DNA of 64,000 bases from the human T2T-CHM13v2.0 reference genome, Homo sapiens, in NCBI GenBank assembly GCA_009914755.4, contig CP086569.2:20032001-20096000 (forward strand), in the 5' to 3' direction. A program made the translations under genes and the position numbers. The notes beneath the pieces are model-generated. The model worked only from the letters and a program-made list of their open reading frames with translations, ran no database searches and was not told where the DNA came from. The stretch's first letter is position 1. Each line of letters starts with the position of its first letter. Below, one piece after another: positions 1 through 12,699 of this stretch.

Positions 1-1538
1 AAAATTCATTTGTTTAAACCTCCTTAGAACATCTCCTAGGACTGCTTTCCTTCTGTTCAATTGCAGCTGTTTTCTGGTAATGTAAAACATTATGCTTACC
101 TTACAGTTCCCAAAAACTCATTGGCCAAACCTCTTTTTCTCCTACAGAAGAAAATCTACCTGAAAAAAAAAACAAAAAACAAAACCGGCAACCACAGATG
201 GATATCAGATGAAACCTATTCCCAAGGCCTCCATTAACCTGCCTTGCTGAGGGAGGGAGACTTGGCCCCATCCCTATCACCAGAAAGATGTCATGTTTTG
301 CAGCCTTAGGTAGAACTCACTTTTCTGCAAAAAGCAAAACAAAACACTTTGGGGTACAGCTTCTGCAGACAGATCTAGGTCAGATCTTCAAAGGAACAGT
401 TTGAAACAGGAGTCATGAGGTCTGCCTTTTCTCAAAACCTCCTCCCCATCAGGGACTTGCAAGGGAAAGGACTAGGAGATCAAATTCCATCTGCATTGTA
501 TCTGCTTGGTTCTGAGAACTCCCGGGGAAGATCTGCAGAGCCGGTTGCCTCCCCAAGCCTCATGTCCAGTCTTTTCTTTCCATCTTTTTTTTTTTTTTTT
601 GGAGAAGTTTCTGAGCTAGACGCATTTATTTCTCCTTGTATTCAACAAGATAACCTCTAAAAAACCTGTTTGTCAGGCTTTAAGTATTCCAGTACAGAAG
701 CATGCAGAGAAAAATATTTAAGGTGAAATGAGAGCTCTGACTGATGTTTCTGTTCCTTAGGTCCTGTGGCAGCAGGAAGTTGCTCCAAGGAAACCTCAGA
801 AACCCAGGTGGCAGACAGGAGAGGAACCTGGCTCCCCCAAGAGCCAAACTGCAGCACTCACTACTCTAAACTGCCTTTCTGAGAGGTATTTATTTTCCAC
901 ATTTGAAAAGTGGGTAAAATGAGTCAAAAGATCTTCCTATGAGACAACTTAGCTTACCTTGAGGTAATTCTAACTGCTGTGGATTCCTGCAAACACCCAT
1001 CTTTGTGCACCAAGCAACTTTTTCAGTGTACAATAAGACAATTAAGAGGAACATACCATTCTGGTCCTCTGTTCAGTCTTTTTTTTTTTTTTCTATGTGA
1101 TTTCAACATCAGGTTAATTGGCAATTGCAGTTAACATAAAGTGCTTCCTTGCCAGTATTAAACTAGGTTTCAAATTTGTCAAGTATTTAAAATTGTGTTC
1201 ATCTTGGAAGATGAGCCCTTCCTGAAAGCTTTTATATGAAAAGTTATTGATTGAAGCATTCCAGCTTCAAAGGAAAGGGAATTCTAACACAGGCTACAGT
1301 GTACCTGAAACTTGAGGATGGCATACCTAGTGAAATAAGCCAGGCACTAAAGGATAACTATAGTGTGGTTCTTCTCATTTGAGATGATCAACATAAAAGG
1401 AAGAAACTCAGGCAAATTTAATATAAATAGAGCATTTATTTGGCCAAGCTTGAGGCTTTCATCACTGAAGAACAGACTCAAGTTGCCATGAATACACAAT
1501 TAGATGCTCTGATCAGCAGAAGTTGTAAGTGTCACAGA

Positions 1539-1980
1539 TGACAAATTCTTCATCAAGAAGTTTTAGTTCCCTGTTCTTTGTTTCTTAAGACCAACTTCCT
1601 TCTATGTCTTGTCTCCTAGCTACCTAATCTGTAAACAACTTTCCCATCTTTGCTGTGCCCTGACAAGTTCAGATATGCCTTCTCGCCTAGTAACAAACAG
1701 TTTCTGTTTCTTCCCATCTAATAGAACCTATTCAATTTTAAACCTTCCCCAGTCATGTTAGCTTAGATGGTGGGGTCCAACCTCAGCCAAAGGAGAAAGG
1801 ACACAGAAGTGCTAGAAACTGCATTAGGGATAAAAATCCCTGCCCTATCCCACTTGACATGATCTTTTGATCATTACTGGGGCAAGCCGCACACCTTCTA
1901 CAGAAGTAAATTTGCCATGCTGAAGAATGTTCTGCCTATGTGCTTGTTTTCATTGTGGCACTGGGCAACTGTTTCTAACA
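1539..1980 (+). mobile_element. 5' LTR of provirus A
   Basis: Direct repeat of 17862-18291. Ends ...TCTAACA, immediately followed by a PBS-like sequence. Confidence 0.8.
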
Positions 1981-1983
1981 ATT

Positions 1984-2001
1984 TGGGGGCCCATCCAAGA
2001 T
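1984..2001 (+). promoter_or_regulatory. Primer-binding-site-like sequence, closest to tRNA-Pro (TGGGGGCCCATCCAAGAT vs canonical TGGGGGCTCGTCCGGGAT, 14/18).
   Basis: Starts 3-4 nt after the 5' LTR end. The homologous position in provirus B (44564-44583, TTTAGGGAATCATCTGGGAT) is a more degenerate version. Confidence 0.45.
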
Positions 2002-3149
2002 TCCCATTCTTCTCTGGGGAGGAATCTCTGATCATCTTTCATTAGAAGATATATGCTGCTGCCTCACTGTGGTGGTCTCAGGGGTAAGGGGTCAAGACCC
2101 ACCTGCTGTGATGAATAAACATGGACTCTCAGTGATGTGGGAAGTAAAGGCCTATAGATACACAATGATCAAGTAACTTTGTGGAGAGATCAAGGTAAGA
2201 AAAACCATGGAGATGGTGAAGTATTTCCTTGGTGATCAGAACACCCTGGATGTTGAAAGTGTGTGAGATGTACAATTGAGTGCAGAGTCTGGATCTGGTC
2301 CTGAGGTCACCTCATACTGCTTAAAAGCAGCTTGCCTGTCGTGGGGTTTCTACCAACCTGCCTATGTTAAGAGCGATCTGAAAATTCCCACAAGGAAAGC
2401 AGATGGTGAAGGATGAAGCAAAAGATAAAGAGTGCCAGAAACCTGTAGCAGAGAGGGGAGGTTGAACCTCTCTGGAAAAAGAAATCTCTAGTAGCAGAGG
2501 TTGAGCCTCACAGAATTGCTAGGGTATAAGAAATCTCTAGTAAGAGACAGTGAGGCCTGTAAAGTCAGGGAAAAATACTTTCTCCAGGATGGGAAATAAA
2601 ACAAGTAAGATGAAATGTAGGAAAGATCATGATCATGATAATATACACTCTGATAGTCCCCTGGGCCTAATGTTAGAATACTGAAAGGATAGTCAAAGGA
2701 GCAAACACAAGAAAAAGCAACAAATAATAAAATACTGCTGTTTTATTTGGACAAAAATACCTATCCTCAAACCCTCAGTTTTCTGGCCAACATTTGGATC
2801 AAATGAGGATTGTATCTGTCAACTCTTAATAGAATATGACAATGATAAAAATCCTGTCTCACAGGAAGAAAGAGACTATGCCTTATGCTGGCAGCAAGGT
2901 TGGGTTCTCCAGTAACCCCTAAAAGCTACAGGAGATAAGTCAAAAACTATCTCCTATGAAGAGGTTAAACCTGAACAGTATGCTTACACATGAGACCCTT
3001 TAGAGCAGCTTCCCCTACCAAATACCCCTAACCTTACTCTCCCCCAAGCAGCTGCCACCCCAAACCCTTCCTCTATGCATGTTATTCCTACCCCCATAAT
3101 CCTTAGTGTCACCCCTTAAGAAGACTTCCTCATGAGATATAACAATGTA

Positions 3150-3900
3150 AGAAAGATATCCAAAATTTCCCTTTTTCCCCAATACCTTCAAAGAGTCTGC
3201 TCCATCTCTTTTCCTTAAGAGAAGTGCCTCTTGAAGGAGGAGGCATTGAGTTTGTGAGCACCCCCTTAACGAGCTCAGAAGTCCAAAACCTAAAAAGGGA
3301 ACTTAAACTACTCTTAGATGACATTTACAGAGTGGCATATCAAATTGACGGGTTTCTAGGATCCCAATTATATACTTGGGCCAAGTTAATGTCTATCTTA
3401 GGCATCTTATTCTCAGAAGAAAAAGGAGCATGATACACAGGGCCACTATGATAGTTTTGCAATGTGAACACCCTCCAGATCAGAACGTCCCAGCAGCTGA
3501 CAAAAACTTCCCAGCCCAGGATCTTCCATGGAATAACAGCAATATAGTCCATTCAGGAAATATGAAAGACCTTAGGGAGATGATAATAAAAGGAATTTGA
3601 GAATCACTGTCCTGCACCCAAAGTCTTACCAAGGCCTTCAATATACAACAGCGAAAAGATGAGGGACTGATAACATTTTTAGAAAGGCTTAAAGAGCAAA
3701 TGGGAAAATATGCTGGCCTACAATAAGAAGGCCTCCTTGGACAAGGAATGTTAAAGTTCCACTTTGTTACCAATAGCTGGCCAGGCATAACTAAAAAATT
3801 ACAGAACAAATGTTTCACATGTGGAAAAATAGGTCACTTTAAAAGACAATGTCCTGAATGGGACAAGAAAGAAATAGTCATCCCACTTATGGCTTTTGAA
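3150..3900 (+). pseudogene. gag remnant of provirus A (MA/CA/NC, frameshifted)
   Basis: CX2CX4HX4C zinc knuckle CFTCGKIGHFKRQCPEW at about 3805-3865. It is homologous to provirus B 45500-46550 (e.g. QIDGFLGSQLYTWAKLMSILGI at 3340-3420 matches QIDQFLWSRLYMWADLMSILGI at 45710-45790). Multiple stops. Confidence 0.7.
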
Positions 3901-3949
3901 GAAGACTAGGGAAGTCAGGGGCTCTATCTTTTTATCTTGGGTGCCACGA

Positions 3950-6104
3950 AGAGCCCTTGATAAATTTAGAAGTGGAATGTAAACCTGAGCTTATTACCTT
4001 TTTAATTGATTCAGGATCATCTCACTCAGCTGATTCTTATCTTCCATCCAGTGTAACTTGCTCACAAGAAGATGTTTTATCTCTGGGGTAAAAGGAGAAG
4101 AGTTTAGAGCAAAAATCTTAGAGGAGAGCAAAAGTATTAGAGGAGATGGAAGTAAAATATAAAAACTGATTAGCTAGTATCAAATTTCTGCTAATTCTAG
4201 AAGCAGGGACAAATCTGTTAGGAAGATATTTAATGCTAAAATTAGGCTTAGGCCTCCAAATTAATCATGGAAGTTTCCTCCCCTCCCTAAACTTCCTAAC
4301 CACCGCAGATGAAGAACATATTCATCCTGAGTTATGGTCTAAAGATAGGAATCAAGGAAAATTATGAATTCCTTCAATTCATATTAAATTAAAAATGCCT
4401 GGGGAAGTAGTAAAGAGAAAGCAACACCTTATTCCTTTAGAAGCCAGGGTAAATTTAAAATCTATATTGAAGGTCTTCTCCATGATTAGTTTCATTAACC
4501 CTGTATGTCTCCCTACACTTCTCCATTACTACTTGCAAGGAAACCAGATGGGTCATACCAGTTACTACAAGACCTTAGAGCTATTAATCAGATAGTATAA
4601 ACTACACATCCCATTTTTCCGAACCCTTATACTATTATCAGTATGATCCCATACAGCCATTAGAGGTTTACAGTAATAGATTTAAAGGATGCCTTTTGGG
4701 CTTGTCCATTAGCAGAATACAGCTGGGACCTATTTGCCTATAAGTGGGAAGATGCTAACTCCAGTTGAAAATGGCAATACCAATGATCAGTCTTACCCCA
4801 AGGGTTTAGAGTCTCCAAATTTATTTAGTCAAATATTAGAAAAGTCCTAGATAAACCTTCTTTTTCCTCACAAATGTGCCTCCTGCAGTACATGGAAGAT
4901 CTTCTAATTTCAGGGAATGATAGAAAAAGAGTAGCAGCCTTCTTAACCCATGTCTTAAATTTTCTATGGGATAAAGGTCTAAAGGTCTTGAAAAAAATAA
5001 ATAAAGCACTCAAATTTGTAAAACCTGAAGTAAAATATTTGGGGCATTTAATTAGGAAAGGTCAATAGAAAATTGGGATTGAATGGATTGTTCTTGCCTC
5101 TAGTGAAAACTAAACAAGAATTTAGAAAATTTTTAGGATTAGTTGGATACTGTCATCTATAGATAGGCTGTTATGCCCTAGAAACAGAACCTTTATAAAA
5201 AAAAAAAAAAAGCTCACACAGACAAGTCACACAACCTCATTTGGCAATTACTGGAAATCTGACAGGTGTAAAGGTTAAAACATCTGTTAGTAACTCCTCT
5301 TGTCCTAGCTTTACCCTCCTTAGAGCAGCCATTCCATCTTTTTATCAATGTAAACAAAGACATAGCCTTAGGAGTATTTACCCAGAAGCACGGAGGCCAC
5401 TGGCCATCTGTTGCCTTTCTATCAAAACCCTTTGACCCAGTAACCTGTGGATGGACCAAAGGCATTCAATTGGTAATGGCAACTGCTTTGCTAACAGAAG
5501 AAAGTAGAAAAATACCTTTTGGAGGAAACCTCATTGTGAACACAACCCACCAGGTCAAAACTATCCTAGTCAAAAGGCAGAAAGGTGGCTTACTGACTCA
5601 AAGATTTTAAAATATGAGACTATCTTGTTAGAAAAAGATGATTTAACTCTAACCACTGATGATTCACTTAACCCTGCTGCCTTCTTAACAGGAAATCCAA
5701 ACCCCCCAAAAAACCCACACCACAGACCAGAAGAACATGACATGAATGTTTAGATATTATTGTCTATCAGACAAGAGCTAGACCAGATTTAAATAAACTC
5801 CCCTTCCAACGAAAACACACCTTTTTTGTACATAATTATTCTCAAGTAATAAGAGGTAAAAGCCTTAATGGGTACTTAATGTAGACGGAGACACCCTCAC
5901 AGAAATGGAAGCAGCAAGATTACCTAATGATTGGTCTGAGCAAACATGTGAGTTGTTTGCACTATAACAAGCCTTGAAATTTTGGCAAAACTGGGAAGGA
6001 ATGGTTTATACTTACTCAAAGTCAAGTATGTCTTTGATGTAGCCCACACCTTTGGAAAAATTTGGGCAGAGTAAGTACTATTACTTATTAATAGTAAAGG
6101 CCAA
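3950..6104 (+). pseudogene. pro-pol remnant of provirus A (protease, RT, tether, RNase H), truncated by the HERV9 insertion
   Basis: LIDSGSSHSA (aspartyl protease DSG) at about 3995-4025. RT motifs KPDGSY..LQDLRAIN (about 4540-4600) and YMEDLLISG (YXDD box, 4886-4912). RNase H SEQTCELFAL..YTYSKSS (5930-6050). Frameshifts throughout. Confidence 0.75.
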
Positions 6105-6595
6105 AACTCTCTTGTAAAATGCATCTGTCAGTGCTCTGTTAAATGAGCACTCTGTAGCTAGTTATAAGTTTGTAAAATGCATGAATCAGCACTCTGTAGT
6201 TAGCTAGAGGTTTGTAAAATGCACCAATCAGTACTTTGTAAGATGGACCAATCAGCACTCTGTAAAATGGACCAATCAGCACTCTGTAAAATGAAAAAAT
6301 CAACAGTCTGTAAAATGGACGGATTAGCAGGACATTGGTGGAGACAAATAAGGTAATAAAAGCTGGCCACCCCAGCCAGCAGCTGCAACCCAGTCAGGTC
6401 CCCTTCCATGCTGTGGAAGCTTTGTTCTTTTACTCTCCACAATAAAGCTTGCTGCTGCTCACTCTTTGCATCCCTGTCACTTTTAAGAGCTGTAACACTT
6501 ACACAAAGGTCCACAGCTTCATTTATGAAGTCAGCAAGACCGTGAACCCACCAGAAGCAACCAACTCTGGATACATGTTTGGGGCTCCTCCAGGA
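6105..6595 (+). mobile_element. HERV9 5' LTR (LTR12 family), apparently 5'-truncated by about 60 bp relative to the 3' copy
   Basis: About four CCAATCAG repeat units at 6226-6330; U5-like ...TGTAACACTTACACAAAGGTCCACAGCTTCATT... Confidence 0.8.
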
Positions 6596-7768
6596 TGTTG
6601 TCAAGCAGTGAATACCACTGGACCCCTTTTGCTTGCTATTCTGTCCTATTTTTCCTTAGAACTCAGGGTCTACACACTGCGCACCTGTCAGTGAGTAACA
6701 TGTGACTAGGTGACTGCAGAGTAAAGACATGGGTGTCAGGCTTTCTGGGAATGGGAGCTCTAACAATCCCCAACTCTTCAGAGGTGGGAGAATTGGTTTG
6801 CCTGAAACCAGCTTCCACTTTTCCTGTACTTCTGGGCTGAGCTGAGGGTCAACAGAGAGGAAAGCCATTCAGCTCCAAGGTCCCAACAAAAAGGTGGCTG
6901 ACCTTACAGCCAGGAGTGGAACTCTCAAAGCTACATCACCCAAGTGAGACTCACTCATCTATCCTATCTACCCTGACCCTTGCCTTCTAGGTCCTAATGC
7001 ATGTCAGAAAAACTTCCCCTTACCTCTCTTATCTGAGGGTAGTTCTGCTTCAAAAACCACTCCCTGTCCCTGGTGATCTTCTAGTTTTTCCTATAAGGAT
7101 AATTCCTGGTATAAGTTTTGGGACTCTGTTCCCTTCTTTAGACACCCAGTCTCACCAATCAGAAGACTTTTTTTTAGGCAAAGTCCCATTTGGGGGGACT
7201 ATCTGAAATACCATCTATCTTTTTAGGATCTGTACTCAGGCAAGCAGATGTAACAAAGGCTGTTCCCAAAGCTAGGATATAGGGAGCCTCAGAAATTTTA
7301 TCCTTCCTATTCATATAATGAGAAGTGAAGCCAAAGACATCACTCTTCTAACCCTAGAGATCCTATCCCTCCATCAGGATATGACCCGCTACCCCATTTT
7401 AGGGAATATCATCTTTATAGGACAGGGGTAAGTTCCCAATACTAACAGGAGAAAATGCTTAGGACTCTAACAGGTTTTCAAGAATGTGTCAGTAAGGGCC
7501 ACTAAATCCAATTTTTCTTGGTCCTCTTTGTGGTCTAAGGAAAGGCAATGGTGCTGGTTTTTGAGCAAGCATCAGTAAGGACCACTAAATCTGACCTTTC
7601 TCAGTCCTTTGTGTGGTCTAGGAGGAAAACTAGTGTTTCTGCTGCTGCATCAGTGAGTGCAACTACTCTAATCAACAAGGTCCAGGGACCATTGCTGGTT
7701 CTTTGTCAGGGGGAAGAAAACCAACAAACCAATACCATGGGTGATTTTTTCTTTAAGATGGGAAACAC

Positions 7769-9113
7769 TCAGGCATCAACAGGCTCACCCTTGAAATGCG
7801 TTATAAGCCATTGGGACCAATTTGAACAGCAAACCCTGAAAAAGGAGCAGCTTTTTTTTTTTTTTTTTCTGCACTATGGCCTGGCCCCAATATTCTCTCT
7901 CATGAGGAAAAATGGCCAGTGAGAAAAGTATAAGTTACAATATTATCTTGTAGGTTGAACTTTCCTGTAAGAAGAAAGGCAAATGGTGTGAAAGACATTA
8001 TGTCCAAGCTTTCTTTTCATTGAAAAATATCCACATCTATGCAAAGCTTGCAATTTACATCTCAAAGGAGGATCTCTCAGCTTACCTCCATACCCAAGCC
8101 TTCCTATAGCTCCCCTTCCTATTAAAGATAAGCCTCCTTTAATCTCCCCCTCCCAGAAGGAAACAAGCAAAGAAATCCCCAGGGGACCACACACAAAAAA
8201 AGAAAAAAAACAGGTTATCTGTTGTATCCCCTTCAAGTTGTAGGCAGAGGGAAATTTGCCCAACCCAGGTACATGCCTCCTTCTCCTGTATCATTTAAAG
8301 CAGATCAAGGTAGACCTGGGGAAGTTTTCAGATAATCCTGATAGGTATATATATGTCCTACAGGTTTTAAGGCAAACCTTTGACCTCACTTGTAGAGATG
8401 TCATTCTATTATTAGATCAAACACTATCCTTTAATAATAAAAAAAAAAGGTGGCTTTAGCTTTAGCCCAAGAGTTTGGAGATGCCTGATATCTTAATCAA
8501 GCAAATGATAGAATAACAGCTGAAGAAAGGGACAAATTCCCTAGCAATCAGCAAGTTGTCCCCAGTATGGATCCCCACTGGGACCTTGGCTCAGATCATG
8601 GAGACTGCAGTCACAAACATCTGCTGACCTGTGTTCTAGAATGACTAAGGAGAATTAGAGAAAAGCCCATGAATTATTCAATTATGTCCACCATAATTCA
8701 GGGAAAGGGAGAAAATCCTTCTGCCTTTTTCCGAACAGCTACTGAAAAGGTTAAGAAAATAATATACATCCCTGTCACCCTACTCACTCGAGGGTCAATT
8801 GATCCTAAAAGATAAGTTTATTACCCAATCAGGCACAGCTATCAGGAGAAAGTTCCAAAAGCTAGCCCTGGGCCCTGAACAAAATTTGGAGGCATTATTA
8901 AACCTGGAAATCTTGATGTTCTATAGTAGAGACCAAGAGGAGCAGGACAAAAAGGAAAAGAAAGATCAGAGAAAGGCCATAGCATTGGTCACAGCCCTCA
9001 GGCAAACAAACCTTTGTGGTTCAAAGAAGACAGAAAATGGAGCAGGCCAATCACCCTGTAGGGCTTGTTGCCACTGTGGTTTGCAAGGGCATCTTATAAT
9101 GATTGTCCAATGA
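7769..9113 (+). pseudogene. HERV9 gag (MA-CA-NC), frameshifted
   Basis: Myristoylation-type start MGNTQAS at 7769. A T18 tract at 7851-7868 sits inside the MA region. NC zinc knuckle CRACCHCGLQGH at about 9060-9100; ORF ends 9113. Confidence 0.75.
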
Positions 9114-9399
9114 TAAACAAGCTGCCCTCTCACTTACGTCCACTATGCGAAAGCAATCACTGCAAAGCATGCTGCACAAGAGGGCAAAGGTTCTCTGGGC
9201 CAGAAGCCCTCAACCAGATGATCCAACAACAGGAATGAGGGTGACCTGGCCAAGCACCAGCTCATGACATCACCCTCTCTGAGCCCTGGGTATGTTTAAC
9301 CACTGAGGGCCAGGAAATTGACTCCTCCTGGACACAGGCATGGCTTTCTCAGTGTTAATCTTCTGTCTTTGATGGCTGTCCTCAAGGTCCGTTACCATT

Positions 9400-12300
9400 C
9401 AAGGAATCCTGGGACAGCCTGTAACCAGGTATTTCTCCCACCTCCTCAGTTGTAATTGGGAGACTTTGCTGTTTTCAAGTGCTTTTCTTGTTATGCTTGA
9501 AATTCCCACACCCTTATTAAGGAGGAACATATTAGCTAAAGCTGGAGCTATTATGTATATGAATATAGGTAACAAGTTACCAGTTTGTTTTCCCTACTTG
9601 AAGAGGGAATCAACCCTGAAGTCTGGGCATTGGAAGGACAATTTGGAAGGACAAAAAACGCCCACCCAGATCAAATCATGCTAAAAGACTTCACCACTTT
9701 TCCTTGTCAAAGGCAGTATCCTATAAAGCCTGAAGTTCATAAAGGATTACAAGATATTGTTAAATATTTGAAACCTCAAGGTTTAGTAAGAAAATGCAGC
9801 AGTCCCTGCAACACCTCAATTCTAGGAGTACAAAAACTGAATGATCAGTGGAAAGTAGTGCAAGATCTTAGACTCATCATTGAGGCAGTAATTCCTGTAT
9901 ATTTAGTTGTACCGAACCCCTATAATCTGCTTTCTCAAATACCAGAGGAAACAGAATGTTTCACTGTTCTGGACATCAAGGATGTCCTCTACTGTATTCC
10001 CCTGTACTCTGACTTGCAGTTTCTCTTTGCCTTTGAGGATCCCACAGACCACAAATCCCAACTTATGTGGATGGTCTTGTCCAAAGAGATTAGGGACAGC
10101 TCTCATCTCTTTGGTCTGGCACTGGCCCAAGATCTAGGCCACTTCTCAACTTCAGGCACACTAGCCCTTCAGTAAGTGGATGATTTACTTTTGGCTCCCA
10201 GTTTGGAAGCCTCATGCCAGCAGGCTACTCTAGATCTCTTCAGCATTCTATCTAATTGAGGTTACAAGGCATCTAAATCCAAGGCCCAGCTCTGCCTACA
10301 ACAAGTCAAATATCTAGGTCTAATCTTAGCCAGAGGATGCAGGGCTCTCAGAAAGGAATGAATACAGCCTATACTGGCTTATCCTCATCTTAAAACATTA
10401 AAACAGTTGTGTGGGTTCCTTGGAATCACTGACTTTTGCTGACTATTGATCTCTGGATATAGCAAAATAGACAGGTCTCTCTATACTGAAATCAAGGAGA
10501 CCCAGAGGGCATATACTTATCTAGTAGAGTGGGAACCAGAGGCAGAAACAGCCTTCAAAACCTTAAAGCAGGCCATAGTACAAGCTCCAGCTTTAAGACT
10601 TCTAACATGACAAAATTCCTTATACATCACAGAGAGAGCAGGAGTAGCTCTTGAGGTCTAACTCAGACTCATGGGACAACACTACAACCCGTGGCATATC
10701 TAAGTAAGGAAACTGATATAGTAACAAAAGGCTGTCCTCACTCTCTAAAGACAGTTGTGGCAGTGGCCAACTTAGAGTCAGAGTCTATCAAAATGATACA
10801 GGGAAAGGATCTCACTGTCTGGACTACTCATGATGTAAATGGCATCATGTGCAGCCCTCAACCCTGCCAAATTTCTCCTACAGGATGGAGAACCAATCGA
10901 GTATGACTGCCAACAAATTATAGTCCAGCCTTATGCCACCTGAGAGGATCTCTTAGAAATCCTCTTAGCTAATCCTGACCTTAACGTATATACTGATGGA
11001 AGTTTATTTGTGAAGAAGGGGATATGAAGGGCAGGTTATGCAATAGTAAGGTAACAGTAGTTGAAAATAAGTCTCTTCCCCAAGGGACCACAGCCCAGTT
11101 AGCAGAACTAGTGGCACTTACCTGAGCCTTAGAACTGGAAAAGGGAAAAAGAATAAATGTGTATACAGATAACAAGTATGCTTATCTAATCCTACATGCC
11201 CATGCTGCAATATGGAAAGAAAGAGAGTTCTTAACCTCTTAGGGAAACCCCATTAAATAACAAAGAGAAATCATGGAGTTATTGTATGAAGTACAAAAAC
11301 TCAAGGAGGTGGCAGTCTTACACTGCCAAAGCCATAAAAAAAAATGAAGCGTAAAAGGCAGAAGCAAACCATCAGGCAGATGCTGAGGATAAAATGCTGC
11401 CAGGTGGAACCTCCCATTAGAAATACCTATGGAAGCACTCTTGTTATGGAACTATTCTCTCCAATAGATTAAGCCTCAGTATTCCCTGACTGAAACAGAA
11501 TGGGATTTTCATGGGGGTATAGTTTCCTACCATGGGGTGATTAACTGCAGAAGAGGTAAACATACTCATACCTAAAACCAGCCAATGGAAAATACTTAAG
11601 ACCCTCCACAAAAGTTTTCATATTTGTATTGAGAACACACATCAAATGGCCAAATCCCTATTTACAGCGCCAAATTTCCTCTGGGCCATCTGATAGGTAG
11701 TAAAAGCCTGTGAGAGTGCCAAGGGAATAATCCCTTTGTTCTTTGTAGGTCCCCTCTAGGGGAACAAAGAGTAGCTCACTATCCCAGAGAGGACTTGCAG
11801 TTAGACTTCACCCATATGCCTAAATCAAAGGTATTTTAATACTTATTGGTCTGTGTTGATATCTTTACAAATTGGATAGAAGCCTTCCCCTGCAAGACAG
11901 AGAAGGCTTAGAAGTGGTTAAACTTTTAATTCATGAAATAGTTCCTAGATTTGGGCTTCCCCAAAATTTGCAAAGTGACAGTTGTCTGGCTTTTAAAGCC
12001 ATGATAACTCAGGGAATTTCCAGGTGATACAGTATCACTTTCACTGCACCTGGAGACCACAATCCTCAGGGAAGGTGGAGAAGGTAAATGAAACACTCAA
12101 GAGACAGTTAAGGAAGCTAACACAAGAAACTCATCTCCTATGGCCTACTCTCTTGCCCATGGCTTGCTGAGAATCTGAAAATCTCTTCACAAAATGTGGT
12201 TCAGTCTATATGAAAGGCTGTATGGATGACTTTTTCTCACAAATGACCTCCTACTTGATCAGGAAATGGCCAACTTGATCAAAGATACAATTTATTTGGC

Positions 12301-12600
12301 AAAATATCAATGAAACCTTAAAAACCTGCCAGAAGAATGTCACAGAAAAAAAGAGAATGGAGTTATTTCAACAGGAGATCTAGTGTTGGTCAAATACCTC
12401 CCCTCTACCTTCCCATGTATGGATTCTTATGGGAAGAACCATACTCGGTAATCCTCTCTACCCCCACTGCAATGAACATGGCAGGAGTGAAATCTTGGAT
12501 TCACTACACCCAGTTAAACTTTGGACAACCCCCGTGGAACCTGTGGGACCGACAGCTCAGAAACCCAAAGATTAGCCAGACCAGCCTCCATACACCTGTG
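9400..12600 (+). pseudogene. HERV9 pro-pol (RT, RNase H, integrase), multiple frameshifts and stops
   Basis: ORF 9585-10175 is a gamma-type RT fragment (..VQDLRLI..FTVLDIKD..). RNase H YTDGSLF at about 10985. IN core ..VDIFTNWIEAFPCKTEKA.. at about 11860-11930. IN C-terminus TPTAMNMAGVKSWIHYTQL at 12470-12530. Confidence 0.75.
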
Positions 12601-12699
12601 AGCCATTGGAAGACTTCCATCTCCTATTTCAGAAGGAAACATCCCAGACTAAAAAGACTCCTATAGCTGATCCTGAGGAAAAATCTCTTCCTACTTAAA

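Noticed and set aside
584-600. T17 tract considered as the tail of a minus-strand Alu
   Set aside because: No Alu body follows; the adjacent sequence is unique-looking. Probably a simple homopolymer or the remnant of an unidentifiable old element.
6105-6110. Exact TSDs for the HERV9 and provirus A insertions
   Set aside because: LTR termini could not be placed to single-base accuracy without alignment, and no convincing 4-6 bp duplication was visible at the approximate boundaries.
9585-10175. 196-aa ORF considered as a possibly functional reverse transcriptase
   Set aside because: It covers only part of the RT domain, and the flanking pol segments are in other frames with stops (9903-10137 overlapping ORFs). 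It is a pseudogene fragment of the HERV9 pol.
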